Shown here in pieces: positions 30,464-41,335 of a stretch of 64,000 nt of DNA (position 1 is the stretch's first letter; each line of letters starts with the position of its first letter). The DNA is taken from assembly GCA_963769935.1 (NCBI GenBank), contig CAVYNY010000010.1, forward strand, positions 256,001 to 320,000. Reading direction: 5' to 3'. The translations under genes and the position numbers were made by a program. The stretch is from an uncultured delta proteobacterium (lineage in GTDB: Bacteria; Desulfobacterota; Desulfobacteria; Desulfobacterales; JAFDCJ01). The notes under the pieces are model-generated. The model worked only from the letters and a program-made list of their open reading frames with translations, was not told the origin of the DNA and did not search any database.

Positions 30464-31453
30464 TCAATCCCCCATCGCCGCCGCCGGCCACATGTAGTAG
30501 AAACCGGTGTGAACCTGGTTGAGGGATTCAAGAAATTGCAGGGAAATGACTGACAGATCGCCCCCGCCGTAGCGGGTGGAAGTGTTGTAAATATTGTCAT
30601 CCGGATATTCGGTGCGGCGGTAAACCACCACTTTTGCATCTTCGGGGAGATTCGCCAGCTTTTTAGCCGCGGCAAGCGCCTGGTCCAGATAGCCGACCCC
30701 ATCCACCATCCCCAGCTCAAGGGCGTCATTGGCCAGATACACGCGGGCCGTTGAAATTTCAGCCATTGCGGCCGGATCAAGTTTGCGATGTTTGGCAACC
30801 AAATCAATAAATCGTTTTCCCAGACGATCGGTCATGGCCTGCAGCATCTTGTTTTCTTCCGGAGTGGTCCGGCGGAAAGGAGCCCCCATGTCTTTATTGA
30901 TGCCGGATTTATTCACCTCAACGCCCACGCCGACTTTCTGCATCAGATCGATCACCTTGGGTCGTATGAAAATGACACCCACCGACCCGGTTAACGTCGT
31001 GGGATGGGCCATGATATAATCCGCCGGCAGAGAAATATAGTAGCCACCTGAAGCCGCGACATCCATCATGGCGGCAACTACCTTTGCTCCCGTACGTTTC
31101 TTGAAGGCAATGATTTCGTTATAAAGAATATCACTGGCTGTCACGGAACCACCCGGTGAATCAATTTTTAACAGCACCGCTTTAACGTTTTTATCCTTTT
31201 CCGCCAGCTGGAGCTGAGATACAACTTCCTGCACCAGACTTGGTTTGGTGCGAAAAAACTCCTCGTGGGGGGCATCTGAGATGATGCCTCTTATTGGAAT
31301 GATCAGAACCTTTTGTTCCGTTTTACCCTCTAGCTTGAATTCTTTGAGAGGATCCGCCTGGCTTGGGAAAAGTCTGATTTTGGGGGTTGCGCAACCGCTA
31401 AAGACAAGGGCAATTACCATAAGCAGAAATAACATTGTTTTTCGCATATTCAT
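30464..31453 (-). CDS. sppA: Signal peptide peptidase SppA (S49), lipoprotein
   Basis: IDSPGGSV, AASGGYYI and TGSVGV motifs; FSGC lipobox. Confidence 0.9.
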   Translation of the reverse strand: MNMRKTMLFLLMVIALVFSGCATPKIRLFPSQADPLKEFKLEGKTEQKVLIIPIRGIISDAPHEEFFRTKPSLVQEVVSQLQLAEKDKNVKAVLLKIDSPGGSVTASDILYNEIIAFKKRTGAKVVAAMMDVAASGGYYISLPADYIMAHPTTLTGSVGVIFIRPKVIDLMQKVGVGVEVNKSGINKDMGAPFRRTTPEENKMLQAMTDRLGKRFIDLVAKHRKLDPAAMAEISTARVYLANDALELGMVDGVGYLDQALAAAKKLANLPEDAKVVVYRRTEYPDDNIYNTSTRYGGGDLSVISLQFLESLNQVHTGFYYMWPAAAMGD

Positions 31454-31459
31454 CCACCT

Positions 31460-31545
31460 TGGCCTTTTTTTGTTGATTTGTTTATTGGATTTATTGAGTT
31501 GGTTGATTTGGTTGAGCTGGTTGATTTGGTTGAGCTGAGCTAACA
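31460..31545. repeat. 9-nt tandem repeat array (TTGATTTGG/TTGAGCTGG)
   Basis: Periodic units upstream of sppA; they produce the spurious NQINQL N-terminal extension in the ORF track. Confidence 0.8.
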
Positions 31546-31901
31546 GTTTAGCAAGCAATATAATGAAGGCATTATGAAGTGTCAAGAAACGGCAATGATC
31601 CGTCTTCAGTCTTGCTCAACGGCATCAACAACTCCAGACCCGGGTTTGCAGAACGAATCGCTGTAATTGAGGCGAATGTTTTGGTCATTGAATATTGAGA
31701 TTTGGGATTTACCTGCCCTGTTAAATCTTCTTGTAAGGATTTGCGAAGTGGTTCAATAATATAATCTTCATTCCGAAAAAGGTCATGCCAATTATCCAAT
31801 TATTTAACGGGGTAAATAATTTGGTGCTTGCGATTTGGGTTTTTAATGTCATATAAGAACTACTTCTCCCGGAGTCTATCAAGATCATATACACACAGCA
31901 A

Positions 31902-32924
31902 TCAGGGTCCTATCACAACGGATCGGAGAATATCAGGACGGTTGGTGATGATGCCGTCCACACCCATCTCCATTAGACGGACCATATCACGGCGAGAATC
32001 GACGGTCCACACGTACACCTTCAGCCCAAGCTGATGGGCTTCTTCCAGCAGCGCAGCGGTGAGGTAGGTGTAGCAAGGCGCCCAATATCTGCCGCCGGCA
32101 GCCTTGACGGCCCGCGGAATCGAACCGCCGAAATCATCGATGTCGAGACCGGCCATCCAGGGCGAGGGACCGGGTTGGCCGGGTTTGACATTGTTCAACT
32201 GCTTGCCGACATGGGTTAAATATACAGTCGGGATGGCAGGCGCGATTTTCTGCACATAGGCCAGGGCTCGCCAGTCAAACGACAGTACCCGGGTCCGTGC
32301 TGCCGCCCCTTGCTCCACTAAAATCCGCACCACCGCTTCGGCGACCGTCTCCGGGGCCGGGGTAAGCGCCGTCTGTTCCGGATCGGTTTTAATTTCAATC
32401 CATAGTCCGGTAGACGGTTTACAAGCGTCCTTGACCTGCGCAACAACTTCATCCAGGGTAGGAATACGTTCACCGTTCGCCGGCCGCTGCTCCGGATAGC
32501 GGCGCGCATAACTGGTATTGGGTTTCAAGCGGCCGACATCGTAGGTTTTAAGCGTCTCTAATGACATCCGGTTTATTGCGGGACCGGAATTCTCCAACCA
32601 ATTGCCGTCTCCTGAACGCGCAACTGCCGGATTCAAGGTGAAACCATGATGCACGACAAGGATGCTGTCTGCGGTTAAAAGTACATCCAATTCGACCGCG
32701 TCCACGCCGATTTCGCAAGCCTTTTTAAAAGCGGCCAATGTGTTTTCCGGCGCAAGACCGGCCGCACCGCGATGCCCGACGATAAGAGGCTTTTCAGCCG
32801 GTGGGGCGGCACCTGATGGCCGGCTGATGTTTCCAACGGCAAAGCAGGCAGAGCCGGTCGGAAAAGCAGCGATGGCCAATAGAATAATGAATAGTGGATG
32901 TAAAAGATTGGCTTTTTGTTTCAT
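31902..32924 (-). CDS. Glycerophosphodiester phosphodiesterase, probably exported
   Basis: GHRG...PENTL, ELD, IEIK, SFD and VWTVD...GVDGIITN motifs; N-terminal hydrophobic segment; start uncertain. Confidence 0.9.
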   Translation of the reverse strand: MKQKANLLHPLFIILLAIAAFPTGSACFAVGNISRPSGAAPPAEKPLIVGHRGAAGLAPENTLAAFKKACEIGVDAVELDVLLTADSILVVHHGFTLNPAVARSGDGNWLENSGPAINRMSLETLKTYDVGRLKPNTSYARRYPEQRPANGERIPTLDEVVAQVKDACKPSTGLWIEIKTDPEQTALTPAPETVAEAVVRILVEQGAAARTRVLSFDWRALAYVQKIAPAIPTVYLTHVGKQLNNVKPGQPGPSPWMAGLDIDDFGGSIPRAVKAAGGRYWAPCYTYLTAALLEEAHQLGLKVYVWTVDSRRDMVRLMEMGVDGIITNRPDILRSVVIGP

Positions 32925-33283
32925 TGAGGCTGACAACCTTTTATGAGATTGATTCATAACAGGATGGAAATTATAGGCACCCTATCCCATATTGAGTTTA
33001 AAATAAATTATTATAATGATTTTCTTGACTATTGGGTCCATAATCTGCTTATTATTCACTACTACCAACGCTGCAAATTGATGATGGTGATCGACCATTT
33101 TCGATGTGCATTCTTTGTTTGCTGAATTGAAATTTAACAATATTCTTATTGCATTCTAATTTTCCTTGTTCACCTTACTTTCGTAATTTACCGGCAGCTT
33201 GTGCGCCTTTAATTTGAGATTCAGGTTGATTTTGAAACCTGATTTAAATCACCAACCGTAATCGAAGAAAGGAGGAATGAATA

Positions 33284-34603
33284 ATGAAACTTCCGAAATG
33301 GTCCCTCGCAGTTGTACTCGCCGTACTGGTAATTTTTCCTGTCAGTGTTCTGGCCGAACCAATAACCATCAACTGGTGGCATGCCCACGGCGGCCGACTG
33401 GGGGAATTAGTCAACGGCATTGCTGAAGGCTTTAACAAGTCCCAGAATAAGTATAATCTGGTGGCCACCTACAAGGGTAACTATGCCGACACAATGACCG
33501 CCGGTATCGCGGCCTTCCGCTCAAAAAACCCGCCGCACATCCTGCAGGTTTTTGAGGTCGGGACGGCAACCATGATGGCGGCCAAAGGCGCCATTAAGCC
33601 GGTTTACGAGGTTATGGCGGAATCGGGACTGCCGTTCGATCCCAATGCCTATCTGCCGACCGTCACCAGCTATTATACAACGGCCGACGGCAAAATGTTG
33701 TCCATGCCCTTCAATAGCTCAACGCCTATTTTGTGGTATAACGTAGAAGCTTTTAAGAAAGCCGGCCTCGATCCGGACAAGCCGCCTGCAACCTGGCCCG
33801 AAGTTGGTGAATACTCAAAGAAATTAGTCGCGGCCGGTTACGGGGGCGGCTTTTCAACCGCCTGGATCTCCTGGATCCAGATTGAAAATTTCAGCGCCTG
33901 GCACAATGTTCCCGTGGGGACCAAAGAAAACGGTTTTGGCGGCCTGGACACTGAATTCGTTTACAATAGCCCGCTGCACGTCAGGCACATTCAACAATTG
34001 GCTGACTGGCAGAAAGATAAGATCTTCGTTTATGGTGGTCGCACAAACCTGGGAGATACCAAATTTGAAACCGGTGAGGTTGCGATGCACACTGAATCGT
34101 CAGCAGGCTATGCCAGGTTTAAGGCGAACTGTAAGTTTGAATTCCGCACCGGCATGCTGCCCTACTGGCCCGATGTGCCGGGTGCACCTCAAAACACCAT
34201 CATCGGCGGCGCCAGTCTGTGGGTGCTGCAGGGACATCCTGCCGAGGAGTATAAAGGGGTTGCAGCCTTTTTCAACTACCTCTCGTCCCCCGAGGTCCAG
34301 TCTGATTGGCATAAGGCCACCGGCTATCTGCCCATCACCAAAGCCGCTTACGAGCTGACGAAAGAGCAGGGTTTTTATAAGGAGAATCCGGGGATGGAAA
34401 CCGCCCTGAAACAAATGCTCCTGAATAAACCGACCGCTAACTCCAAAGGACTGCGATTCGGCAACTTTTTGCAGGTGCGCGACGTCAATTACAACGAACT
34501 CGAAGCGATCTTCGCCGGCAAGAAAACAGCTCAAGAAGGGCTGAACGACGCAGTTGCGGCGGGCAACAAGCTGCTGCGCAAGTTCGAAGACGCCAACAAA
34601 TAG
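33284..34603 (+). CDS. ugpB: sn-glycerol-3-phosphate ABC transporter substrate-binding protein
   Basis: YKGNY, QVFEVGTATMM, PFNSSTP and IIGGASLW motifs; first gene of a ugp operon. Confidence 0.95.
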   Translation: MKLPKWSLAVVLAVLVIFPVSVLAEPITINWWHAHGGRLGELVNGIAEGFNKSQNKYNLVATYKGNYADTMTAGIAAFRSKNPPHILQVFEVGTATMMAAKGAIKPVYEVMAESGLPFDPNAYLPTVTSYYTTADGKMLSMPFNSSTPILWYNVEAFKKAGLDPDKPPATWPEVGEYSKKLVAAGYGGGFSTAWISWIQIENFSAWHNVPVGTKENGFGGLDTEFVYNSPLHVRHIQQLADWQKDKIFVYGGRTNLGDTKFETGEVAMHTESSAGYARFKANCKFEFRTGMLPYWPDVPGAPQNTIIGGASLWVLQGHPAEEYKGVAAFFNYLSSPEVQSDWHKATGYLPITKAAYELTKEQGFYKENPGMETALKQMLLNKPTANSKGLRFGNFLQVRDVNYNELEAIFAGKKTAQEGLNDAVAAGNKLLRKFEDANK

Positions 34604-34612
34604 ACTCGTCAA

Positions 34613-34643
34613 ACCGGGCCCACTCAAATGGGCCCGGCCTTTT
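34613..34643 (+). terminator. Hairpin after ugpB
   Basis: CCGGGCCCA-CTCAAA-TGGGCCCGG followed by CTTTT. Confidence 0.65.
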
Positions 34644-34844
34644 GGACTTCCGGACCTGTTTTGACACCGGTTGCGGTAACACCACTTGGAAGTTCCGTGC
34701 GGGGGGGGGATAAACCCCCTGCCCAGGCCCCTACCCAAGTGGTTGAGCAATAGTTGAGCAATATCCCGTTGGGGCGGGTTTTATGCCCGCCCGGATTTGA
34801 TGTTGGTTCCTGGAAATCGCTCGAATTAGGGGATCATAATTTAG

Positions 34845-35726
34845 ATGGCAAAGCGGGTCGTCTTCAAACATAAATTTTTACCCTACCTTCTGGTAACACC
34901 CCAGATCATCATCACCATCGTCTTTTTTATCTGGCCGGCTTCCCAGGCGCTCTATCAGTCATTCCTGCGGGAAGATGCTTTTGGTCTTTCATCGGAATTT
35001 GTGGGTCTGGCAAACTTCGTCTACATCTTTACCGATGACATATATCTGAATTCCATTTATGTGACCGCTATTTTCAGCTTCTCGGTGGCGGCCATTGCCA
35101 TGTCGACGTCATTGGTGTTGGCGGTGATGGCCGACCGGGCCGTCCGCGCCGCAACCACCTATAAAACCTTCATTATCTGGCCTTATGCAGTTGCGCCGGT
35201 GGTGGCCGCGGTTCTGTGGTATTTTCTGTTCAACCCGACGGTAGGTATGATCGCTTTTTTCCTGAAAGCCATCGGCATCGAATGGAATTATACGCTTAAC
35301 GGCGGGCAAGCGATGCTGCTGGTGATCATGGCAGCCGCCTGGCGGGAAATCTCCTACAATTTTTTATTTTTCCTGGCGGGACTTCAGGCCATACCCAAAT
35401 CGTTCATAGAAGCCGCAGCCATTGACGGTGCCTCCCCGGCCAGGCGATTCTGGACCATCGTCTTTCCTTTGCTGTCACCCACGGTATTCTTTTTAATCGT
35501 CATGAACATTGTTTATGCCTTTTTCGATACATTTGGTGTCATTCATGCCATCACCGGCGGGGGACCGAACGGCGCCACCAACATCATGGTATACAAAGTA
35601 TATCATGACGGCTTTCTGAGTCTGGATCAAGGCGGCTCGGCCGCTCAATCGGTTATACTGATGATTGTTGTTATTTCCCTGACCGTGATTCAGTTTCGTT
35701 ACATCGAAAGAAAAGTGCACTACTAA
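34845..35726 (+). CDS. ugpA: G3P ABC permease
   Basis: [11 protein letters not shown] and [11 protein letters not shown] loop; C-terminal ERKVHY. Confidence 0.95.
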   Translation: MAKRVVFKHKFLPYLLVTPQIIITIVFFIWPASQALYQSFLREDAFGLSSEFVGLANFVYIFTDDIYLNSIYVTAIFSFSVAAIAMSTSLVLAVMADRAVRAATTYKTFIIWPYAVAPVVAAVLWYFLFNPTVGMIAFFLKAIGIEWNYTLNGGQAMLLVIMAAAWREISYNFLFFLAGLQAIPKSFIEAAAIDGASPARRFWTIVFPLLSPTVFFLIVMNIVYAFFDTFGVIHAITGGGPNGATNIMVYKVYHDGFLSLDQGGSAAQSVILMIVVISLTVIQFRYIERKVHY

Positions 35727-35780
35727 TTTATCCGCCCTGAAAAATTTTGGTTTCAAGTGATGTGAACACAGGAGTCACCG

Positions 35781-36623
35781 ATGGTAGAACATCGCCCATG
35801 GCTGACATTTCTAACCCATGCTGTCCTGATCGGCGGGTGTTTGATTATTGCATTTCCCATTTACATCACCTTTGTCGCCTCCACCCACAGCATAGATGAA
35901 ATCACATCAGCGTTTCCGCTGCTGCCGGGAGGCCACCTAATCGAAAATTATACCCGGGCGCTGTCGGTCGGTTCGCGGGATGTAGGGGCCACCGTCGGCA
36001 CCATGATGTTAAACAGCCTGATCATGGCCCTGGGTATCACCTTCGGCAAAATATTTATTTCTCTACTGGCCGCCTTTGCCATCGTCTATTTTAAATTTCG
36101 CTTTCGCATGCTCTTTTTCTGGATGATTTTTATCACCCTGATGCTGCCGGTGGAGGTGCGAATTTTGCCCACCTATAAGGTCGCGGCCGATTTACACCTT
36201 CTGGACACATATTCGGGACTGATCTTTCCCTTGATCGCTTCGGCTACGGCCACATTTTTATTTCGCCAGTTTTTTATGACCATCCCCGATGAGCTTTGCG
36301 AGGCCCATCGCATCGACGGCGGGGGACCGATACGTTTCTTTTTTGAGATCCTGCTGCCCATGTCCCGCACCTCGATTGCCGCCCTTTTTGTGATCCTGTT
36401 TATTTACGGGTGGAATCAGTATCTCTGGCCGCTGCTGATCACCAATGACGAACGCTACTATACGCTTTTGATCGGCATCAAACGCATGCTGGATGCGGGC
36501 GAAGGCCAGGCGGAATGGAACATTATCATGGCATCCTCCATGCTGGCCATGCTTCCGCCGGTGCTGGTGGTGATCTTTATGCAGAAACAGTTTGTAAAAG
36601 GAATGATTGAAACGGAAAAGTAG
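35781..36623 (+). CDS. ugpE: G3P ABC permease
   Basis: MVEHRP N-terminus; MLPVEVRI and ATATFLFRQFF motifs. Confidence 0.95.
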   Translation: MVEHRPWLTFLTHAVLIGGCLIIAFPIYITFVASTHSIDEITSAFPLLPGGHLIENYTRALSVGSRDVGATVGTMMLNSLIMALGITFGKIFISLLAAFAIVYFKFRFRMLFFWMIFITLMLPVEVRILPTYKVAADLHLLDTYSGLIFPLIASATATFLFRQFFMTIPDELCEAHRIDGGGPIRFFFEILLPMSRTSIAALFVILFIYGWNQYLWPLLITNDERYYTLLIGIKRMLDAGEGQAEWNIIMASSMLAMLPPVLVVIFMQKQFVKGMIETEK

Positions 36624-36692
36624 AGCGTTTTACAAAGCGATATCTAAAATTTGTTGTCGATGTCGATTAAGTGATTGTATTTTATGGATATG

Positions 36693-36810
36693 AATGCACT
36701 AAAATTTATAAATGACTAAAATGAGCTAAAATTGCGGAATTCTATTGTTTAAAACAGACAGAATACCTTAACTTTAGGCATTTTAGACATTTTAGGCAAT
36801 TTAGGCATTT
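36693..36810. repeat. Inverted pair of TTTAGGCA(T) tandem arrays between ugpE and ugpC
   Basis: Left arm (atgcactaaa, atgactaaa, atgagctaaa) is inverted relative to right arm (tttaggcat, tttagacat, tttaggcaa, tttaggcat); same unit at 43038-43077. Confidence 0.75.
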
Positions 36811-36878
36811 CTATCATATTAAACTCTCAAACCGGAGCGTTCTGAAGAACCATCTAACCGGGTCGCAAAGGTACTGCC

Positions 36879-37961
36879 ATGGCAGATGTCAGTTTAAAAA
36901 ATGTGTACAAGTCGTTTGGCAAAACAGAGGTCATTCATGGGATCAGCTGTGATATCCAGGACGGTGAGTTCATTGTTATTTTAGGCCCCTCAGGGTGCGG
37001 CAAGTCCACCGTGCTGCGCATGATCGCCGGCCTGGAGGTGATTACCGACGGTGAGATCTCCATCGCCGGCAAGGTGGTCAATCAATTGGAGCCGGCCGAC
37101 CGCGACATTGCCATGGTATTTCAAAATTACGCCCTTTACCCTCATATGACCGTTTACAGAAACATGGCCTACGGATTGAGAATTCGCCGCATGCCCAAGG
37201 CTGAAATCGACCAAAGAGTGCGTAATGCCGCTAGAATTCTGGAACTCACCGAATTTTTGGCCCGCAAACCCCGGCAGCTTTCAGGCGGACAGCGCCAGCG
37301 GGTCGCCATGGGCCGATGCATCGTGCGCGAACCCAAGGTATTTTTGTTTGACGAACCCCTCAGCAACCTGGATGCCAAACTGCGGGTTCAGATGCGCCTT
37401 GAAATCAGAAAACTGCATGAAGATCTCAAGATCACCAGCGTCTATGTCACCCACGATCAGGTGGAAGCCATGACCCTCGGCGACCGCCTGATAGTCATGG
37501 ACGATGGCTATGCAGCTCAAATTGGATCCCCGTTGGAAGTTTATGAAAGACCGGCGACTCGCTTTGTGGCCGGGTTCATCGGATCACCGGCCATGAATTT
37601 CCTTAAGGTTCGGTTGAGCCCCGACGGCCGATCGGTTAAAATCCCCGGCGATGTCAGCCTGCCGCTTGCCAACGGCAGCCTCCCCGCCCAGGGCGGAAAA
37701 GAAGTTGTTTTGGGAATTCGGCCGGAGCATTTTAAACTTGCTGAGGAAAAAAAGGGCGATCTGCATCTTCGCGTGGATCATGTGGAGCTCCTGGGTGCCG
37801 ATACCCTGGTTCACGGTCATTGCGGAGAGGACAAGACCTCATTAACCGTACGACTGGCCGATGTCCAGCATTTCAAAAAGCATACCATTTTACCCCTCGC
37901 GATTCCTCCCCCCAAACTGCATGTGTTTGATAGAGAAAGCGGCAGGCGCATCGGAAAGTAA
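36879..37961 (+). CDS. ugpC: G3P ABC transporter ATP-binding protein
   Basis: [16 protein letters not shown] and [12 protein letters not shown] motifs. Confidence 0.95.
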   Translation: MADVSLKNVYKSFGKTEVIHGISCDIQDGEFIVILGPSGCGKSTVLRMIAGLEVITDGEISIAGKVVNQLEPADRDIAMVFQNYALYPHMTVYRNMAYGLRIRRMPKAEIDQRVRNAARILELTEFLARKPRQLSGGQRQRVAMGRCIVREPKVFLFDEPLSNLDAKLRVQMRLEIRKLHEDLKITSVYVTHDQVEAMTLGDRLIVMDDGYAAQIGSPLEVYERPATRFVAGFIGSPAMNFLKVRLSPDGRSVKIPGDVSLPLANGSLPAQGGKEVVLGIRPEHFKLAEEKKGDLHLRVDHVELLGADTLVHGHCGEDKTSLTVRLADVQHFKKHTILPLAIPPPKLHVFDRESGRRIGK

Positions 37962-38263
37962 ATTGAGTTGCAAAAACAGCTGAATACGAGCCGCCGAACA
38001 CCGGCTGAGTAGCGCCGGTGCCGGAAAGATTTTTTAGCTTGCCGAATTTGCTCCGTTGATTTAATCGGCCTGAATGCTTAGAATTCGTGATTGAAAGCGG
38101 ATACCTGTCTGGCGCTTCAGCTTTGTAAAACAGCAACACCGGCTTTGAATGCATCACAATGGCCCGATGGATATTGAAAAGTACGCTCGATGTTAGCTGG
38201 ACAGATGAATCAGGACCGGAGAGTATCCCACGGATTTATAAAACTGAAAGGAAATCTGCCGGC

Positions 38264-39034
38264 ATGCGCAAACTGAAATCAAACAGCAATTTCACTCCTC
38301 CCTGGATTATCGGGCATCGGGGGTATCCCGCTAAATATCCCGAAAATACGCTGGCCTCCTTTCAAGGCGCGCTAGCGGCCGGCGTTAAGATGGTCGAACT
38401 GGATGTAATGCTCAGCCGCGACCGCAAATTGGTGGTCATCCACGATGAGAGCCTGGAACGCACGACCAATGGAAAGGGAGCCGTGGCCGACCATACCCTG
38501 GCGGAGCTCAGACGCCTGGACGCGGGAAGCTGGTTCGATACGTCGTTTGCGGGCCAGCGGCTGCCCGAATTAGGCGAAGTGCTGGACCTGGTCGACGGCC
38601 GGGCCTATGCGAACATAGAAATAAAGTCAAGCGCCTATGAACCCAACCATCCGCCGGATGCCGTCGAAAAGCAAGTCGTCGCATTGTTGCGGCAAAAGCA
38701 GATGCTGGACACGGCCCTGGTGTCCAGTTTTGATGTTAATATTCTGGAGCAGCTTGCAGCCATGAAAGCAGCTCCGGCGATTGCGTTTATTTCCGAGGAG
38801 CCGGCCGGAAAAAATACGCTTGAAATGTGCACCCGGCTCAATGCGTTTTCCTGGCACCCGGATTGTAAAATTCTCACCCCGGCACAGGTTGAGATGATGC
38901 ACGCAAGTGCCATTAAAGTATTTCCCTGGAATGTAGACGAATTGGAAGACTATATTGCCATGCGGGACATGAAGGTGGAAGGCGTCATCATCAATGACCC
39001 GATGATGGTCGCCCAGTGGGCGGTGCATGAATAA
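38264..39034 (+). CDS. ugpQ: Cytoplasmic glycerophosphodiester phosphodiesterase (UgpQ-like)
   Basis: GHRG...PENTL, VELDV, HDESLERTT and NIEIK motifs; follows ugpC. Confidence 0.85.
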   Translation: MRKLKSNSNFTPPWIIGHRGYPAKYPENTLASFQGALAAGVKMVELDVMLSRDRKLVVIHDESLERTTNGKGAVADHTLAELRRLDAGSWFDTSFAGQRLPELGEVLDLVDGRAYANIEIKSSAYEPNHPPDAVEKQVVALLRQKQMLDTALVSSFDVNILEQLAAMKAAPAIAFISEEPAGKNTLEMCTRLNAFSWHPDCKILTPAQVEMMHASAIKVFPWNVDELEDYIAMRDMKVEGVIINDPMMVAQWAVHE

Positions 39035-39207
39035 AAGGTCATAACCGCCATCTTCAACGCTGTTGGCTGCCAATGCGTCGCACCTGCTGATGAATGCATT
39101 AACCTTTATTCGTATGCGGACTGCCATTTATGCCTGCTTCATTTAATCCGGCAAATGATCTGTTTGGACGAAATCCCGCCTAATTTTTTATAAAAGGAGC
39201 CCTCCCG

Positions 39208-40581
39208 ATGAAAACCATCATCGAACCGTTCAAGATTAAAAGTGTGGAGCCGCTGCGCTTTACCAGCCGCGCAGAAAGAGAAGGCATTCTAAAAAAGGCC
39301 GGATACAACCTGTTCAACATCCATGCCGATGATGTGCTGATCGATCTGCTCACCGACAGCGGAACTTCAGCCATGAGCGCCCGGCAGTGGGGCGGCATGA
39401 TAGAAGGGGATGAAGCCTATGCCGGTTCGAAAAGCTTCTATCTGCTGGAACAAAAAGTCAAGGACCTCACCGGATTCCGGCATCTTATTCCCACGCACCA
39501 GGGCCGGGCGGCTGAAAAAATCCTTTTTAATCTTATGGGCGGTGAAGGCAAAATAATTCCCAACAATACCCACTTTGACACCACCCGCGCCAACATCGAA
39601 GTCAGCGGGGCGGAGGCCGTTGATCTCTTGCCGCCGGAAGCGACCGAACCTCAAGTGATAGGAGATTTTAAGGGCAATATGGACCTGCCGGCGTTGGAGG
39701 CGTTGATCCGCCAAAACGGTCCGAAGCGGATTCCATTGGTTATGCTGACGGTAACCAACAACTCCAATGCCGGTCAGCCGGTTTCCATGGAAAATATTCG
39801 TAAAACCGCCGAGGTGAGCCATCGTTTCGGCATCCCGTTTTTTCTGGATGCCTGCCGGTTCGCCGAAAATGCCTATTTCATAAAATTGCGCGAACCCGGC
39901 TACGAGAAGAAATCGGTGCGTAAAATCGCGCAGGAGATGTTTTCCTATGCCGACGGCTGCACCATGAGCGGCAAAAAGGACGGACTGGTCAACATGGGAG
40001 GCTTTCTCGCCGTCAATGACGATGAGCTTGCCCAGCAGGCCAGAAACATCCTGGTGGTGACCGAGGGCTTTCCTACTTACGGCGGCATGGCCGGTCACGA
40101 TCTGCAGGCCTTTGCCCTGGGTCTGGATGAAGTGCTCGAAGAAGACTACCTGAATTACCGCATACGCTCGGTGTCTTATCTGGGTGAAAAAATCGATGCT
40201 CTGGGAGCTCCCGTTTTTAAGCCACCCGGAGGCCACGCCATTTATTTGGATGCCGGCGCCTTTCTGCCCCACATCCCCGCCCATGAATTTCCGGGCCAGG
40301 CGCTGGCCTGCGAGCTGTATCTTTGCGGCGGCATCCGGTCATGTGAAATCGGCAGCGTCATGTTCGGCACAACAGATCCGACCAGCGGTGTCTTCAAGCC
40401 TGCCAGATTGGAAATGGTGCGACTGGCCATTCCCCGGAGGGTTTACACCCAGAGCCACATTGATTACGTAGTGGAGTGTGTCGGAAGTGTCTTCAGGCAA
40501 CGGGAAAAAATCAAGGGAATGCGCATTGTCTATGAGCCGCCGGTGTTGAGGCATTTCACGGCGGTCTTCACATCTGTTTGA
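39208..40581 (+). CDS. tnaA: Tryptophanase (beta-eliminating lyase)
   Basis: EPFKIK, DLLTDSGT, HQGRAAE and SGKKD motifs; EIGS and LRHFTA match tryptophanase rather than tyrosine phenol-lyase. Confidence 0.82.
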   Translation: MKTIIEPFKIKSVEPLRFTSRAEREGILKKAGYNLFNIHADDVLIDLLTDSGTSAMSARQWGGMIEGDEAYAGSKSFYLLEQKVKDLTGFRHLIPTHQGRAAEKILFNLMGGEGKIIPNNTHFDTTRANIEVSGAEAVDLLPPEATEPQVIGDFKGNMDLPALEALIRQNGPKRIPLVMLTVTNNSNAGQPVSMENIRKTAEVSHRFGIPFFLDACRFAENAYFIKLREPGYEKKSVRKIAQEMFSYADGCTMSGKKDGLVNMGGFLAVNDDELAQQARNILVVTEGFPTYGGMAGHDLQAFALGLDEVLEEDYLNYRIRSVSYLGEKIDALGAPVFKPPGGHAIYLDAGAFLPHIPAHEFPGQALACELYLCGGIRSCEIGSVMFGTTDPTSGVFKPARLEMVRLAIPRRVYTQSHIDYVVECVGSVFRQREKIKGMRIVYEPPVLRHFTAVFTSV

Positions 40582-41335
40582 ACAGATGCGCATACGAGCG
40601 GCTGACTGTCAGCGTTTCCGGCAGGTCTTTAAGCGTAATGATCAGTCGACCGGCAAACGAACGGCTGACCTCGGCAATTTGTCCTACGTTGATAATCGTT
40701 CCCCGGTGAACGCGCCAGAATTGGTCCGGATTAATCTCCCCGGTTAATTGCTGAATACTTTTTTTAATAAGGGATTCACCCGCACGGGTCTTGACAACGG
40801 TGTATTTGTCTTCAGCCTTAAAGTAGCATACTTCATCTATTGAGATCAGGCGTATCTCATCTCCGTGTCTCACCTTGAGCCATTTAAGATAACCGGGGGC
40901 TGTTTTATTTTGCAGCGCCGCCAGTAAACGTTCCATGGTCAAAGCGTAGTCGGGCGGCGGCAGGGCGGCGGCGGCAATTTGCTTTTTTAATCTTTGAACG
41001 GTTTTTTCGAGTCTTTCAATCGTGACCGGCTTCAAAATATAGTCGACGGCTTCATTTTCGAAAGCTTCCACGGCGTATTGATCAAATGCGGTAATGAAAA
41101 CCACCCGGCAGTCCGTGCTGATTCTCTGCGCCACTTCGATTCCGGAAAATCCCGGCATCTTGATATCCAGAAAGGCAATGGCGGGCCGGCACGTTTCAAT
41201 CAAATTCAAAGCCTCGAGCCCGTTTTCCGCCTCACCGCATAGGATGAGTTCCGGCCAGAGTTCAGCGAGCTTCGTTTTTAAATAAAGTCTGAGCTGCTCT
41301 TCATCGTCGGCAATTATGGCTTTAGGATTTGCCAT
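40568..41335 (-). CDS. LytTR-family response regulator
   Basis: Receiver (ADDE, FLDIKMP, TAFDQYA) plus LytTR domain (FWRVHRG, VSRSY). Confidence 0.93.
   Translation of the reverse strand: MANPKAIIADDEEQLRLYLKTKLAELWPELILCGEAENGLEALNLIETCRPAIAFLDIKMPGFSGIEVAQRISTDCRVVFITAFDQYAVEAFENEAVDYILKPVTIERLEKTVQRLKKQIAAAALPPPDYALTMERLLAALQNKTAPGYLKWLKVRHGDEIRLISIDEVCYFKAEDKYTVVKTRAGESLIKKSIQQLTGEINPDQFWRVHRGTIINVGQIAEVSRSFAGRLIITLKDLPETLTVSRSYAHLFKQM

Noticed and set aside
30208..30807. 199-aa ORF and neighbouring short ORFs
   Set aside because: Alternative frame of sppA extended through tandem-repeat DNA
31454..31585. N-terminal NQINQL extension of SppA
   Set aside because: Translation of a 9-nt intergenic repeat; the lipoprotein signal begins at 31453 or 31447
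33120..33200. Pho boxes upstream of ugpB
   Set aside because: Only weak AT-rich periodicity; no convincing direct repeats
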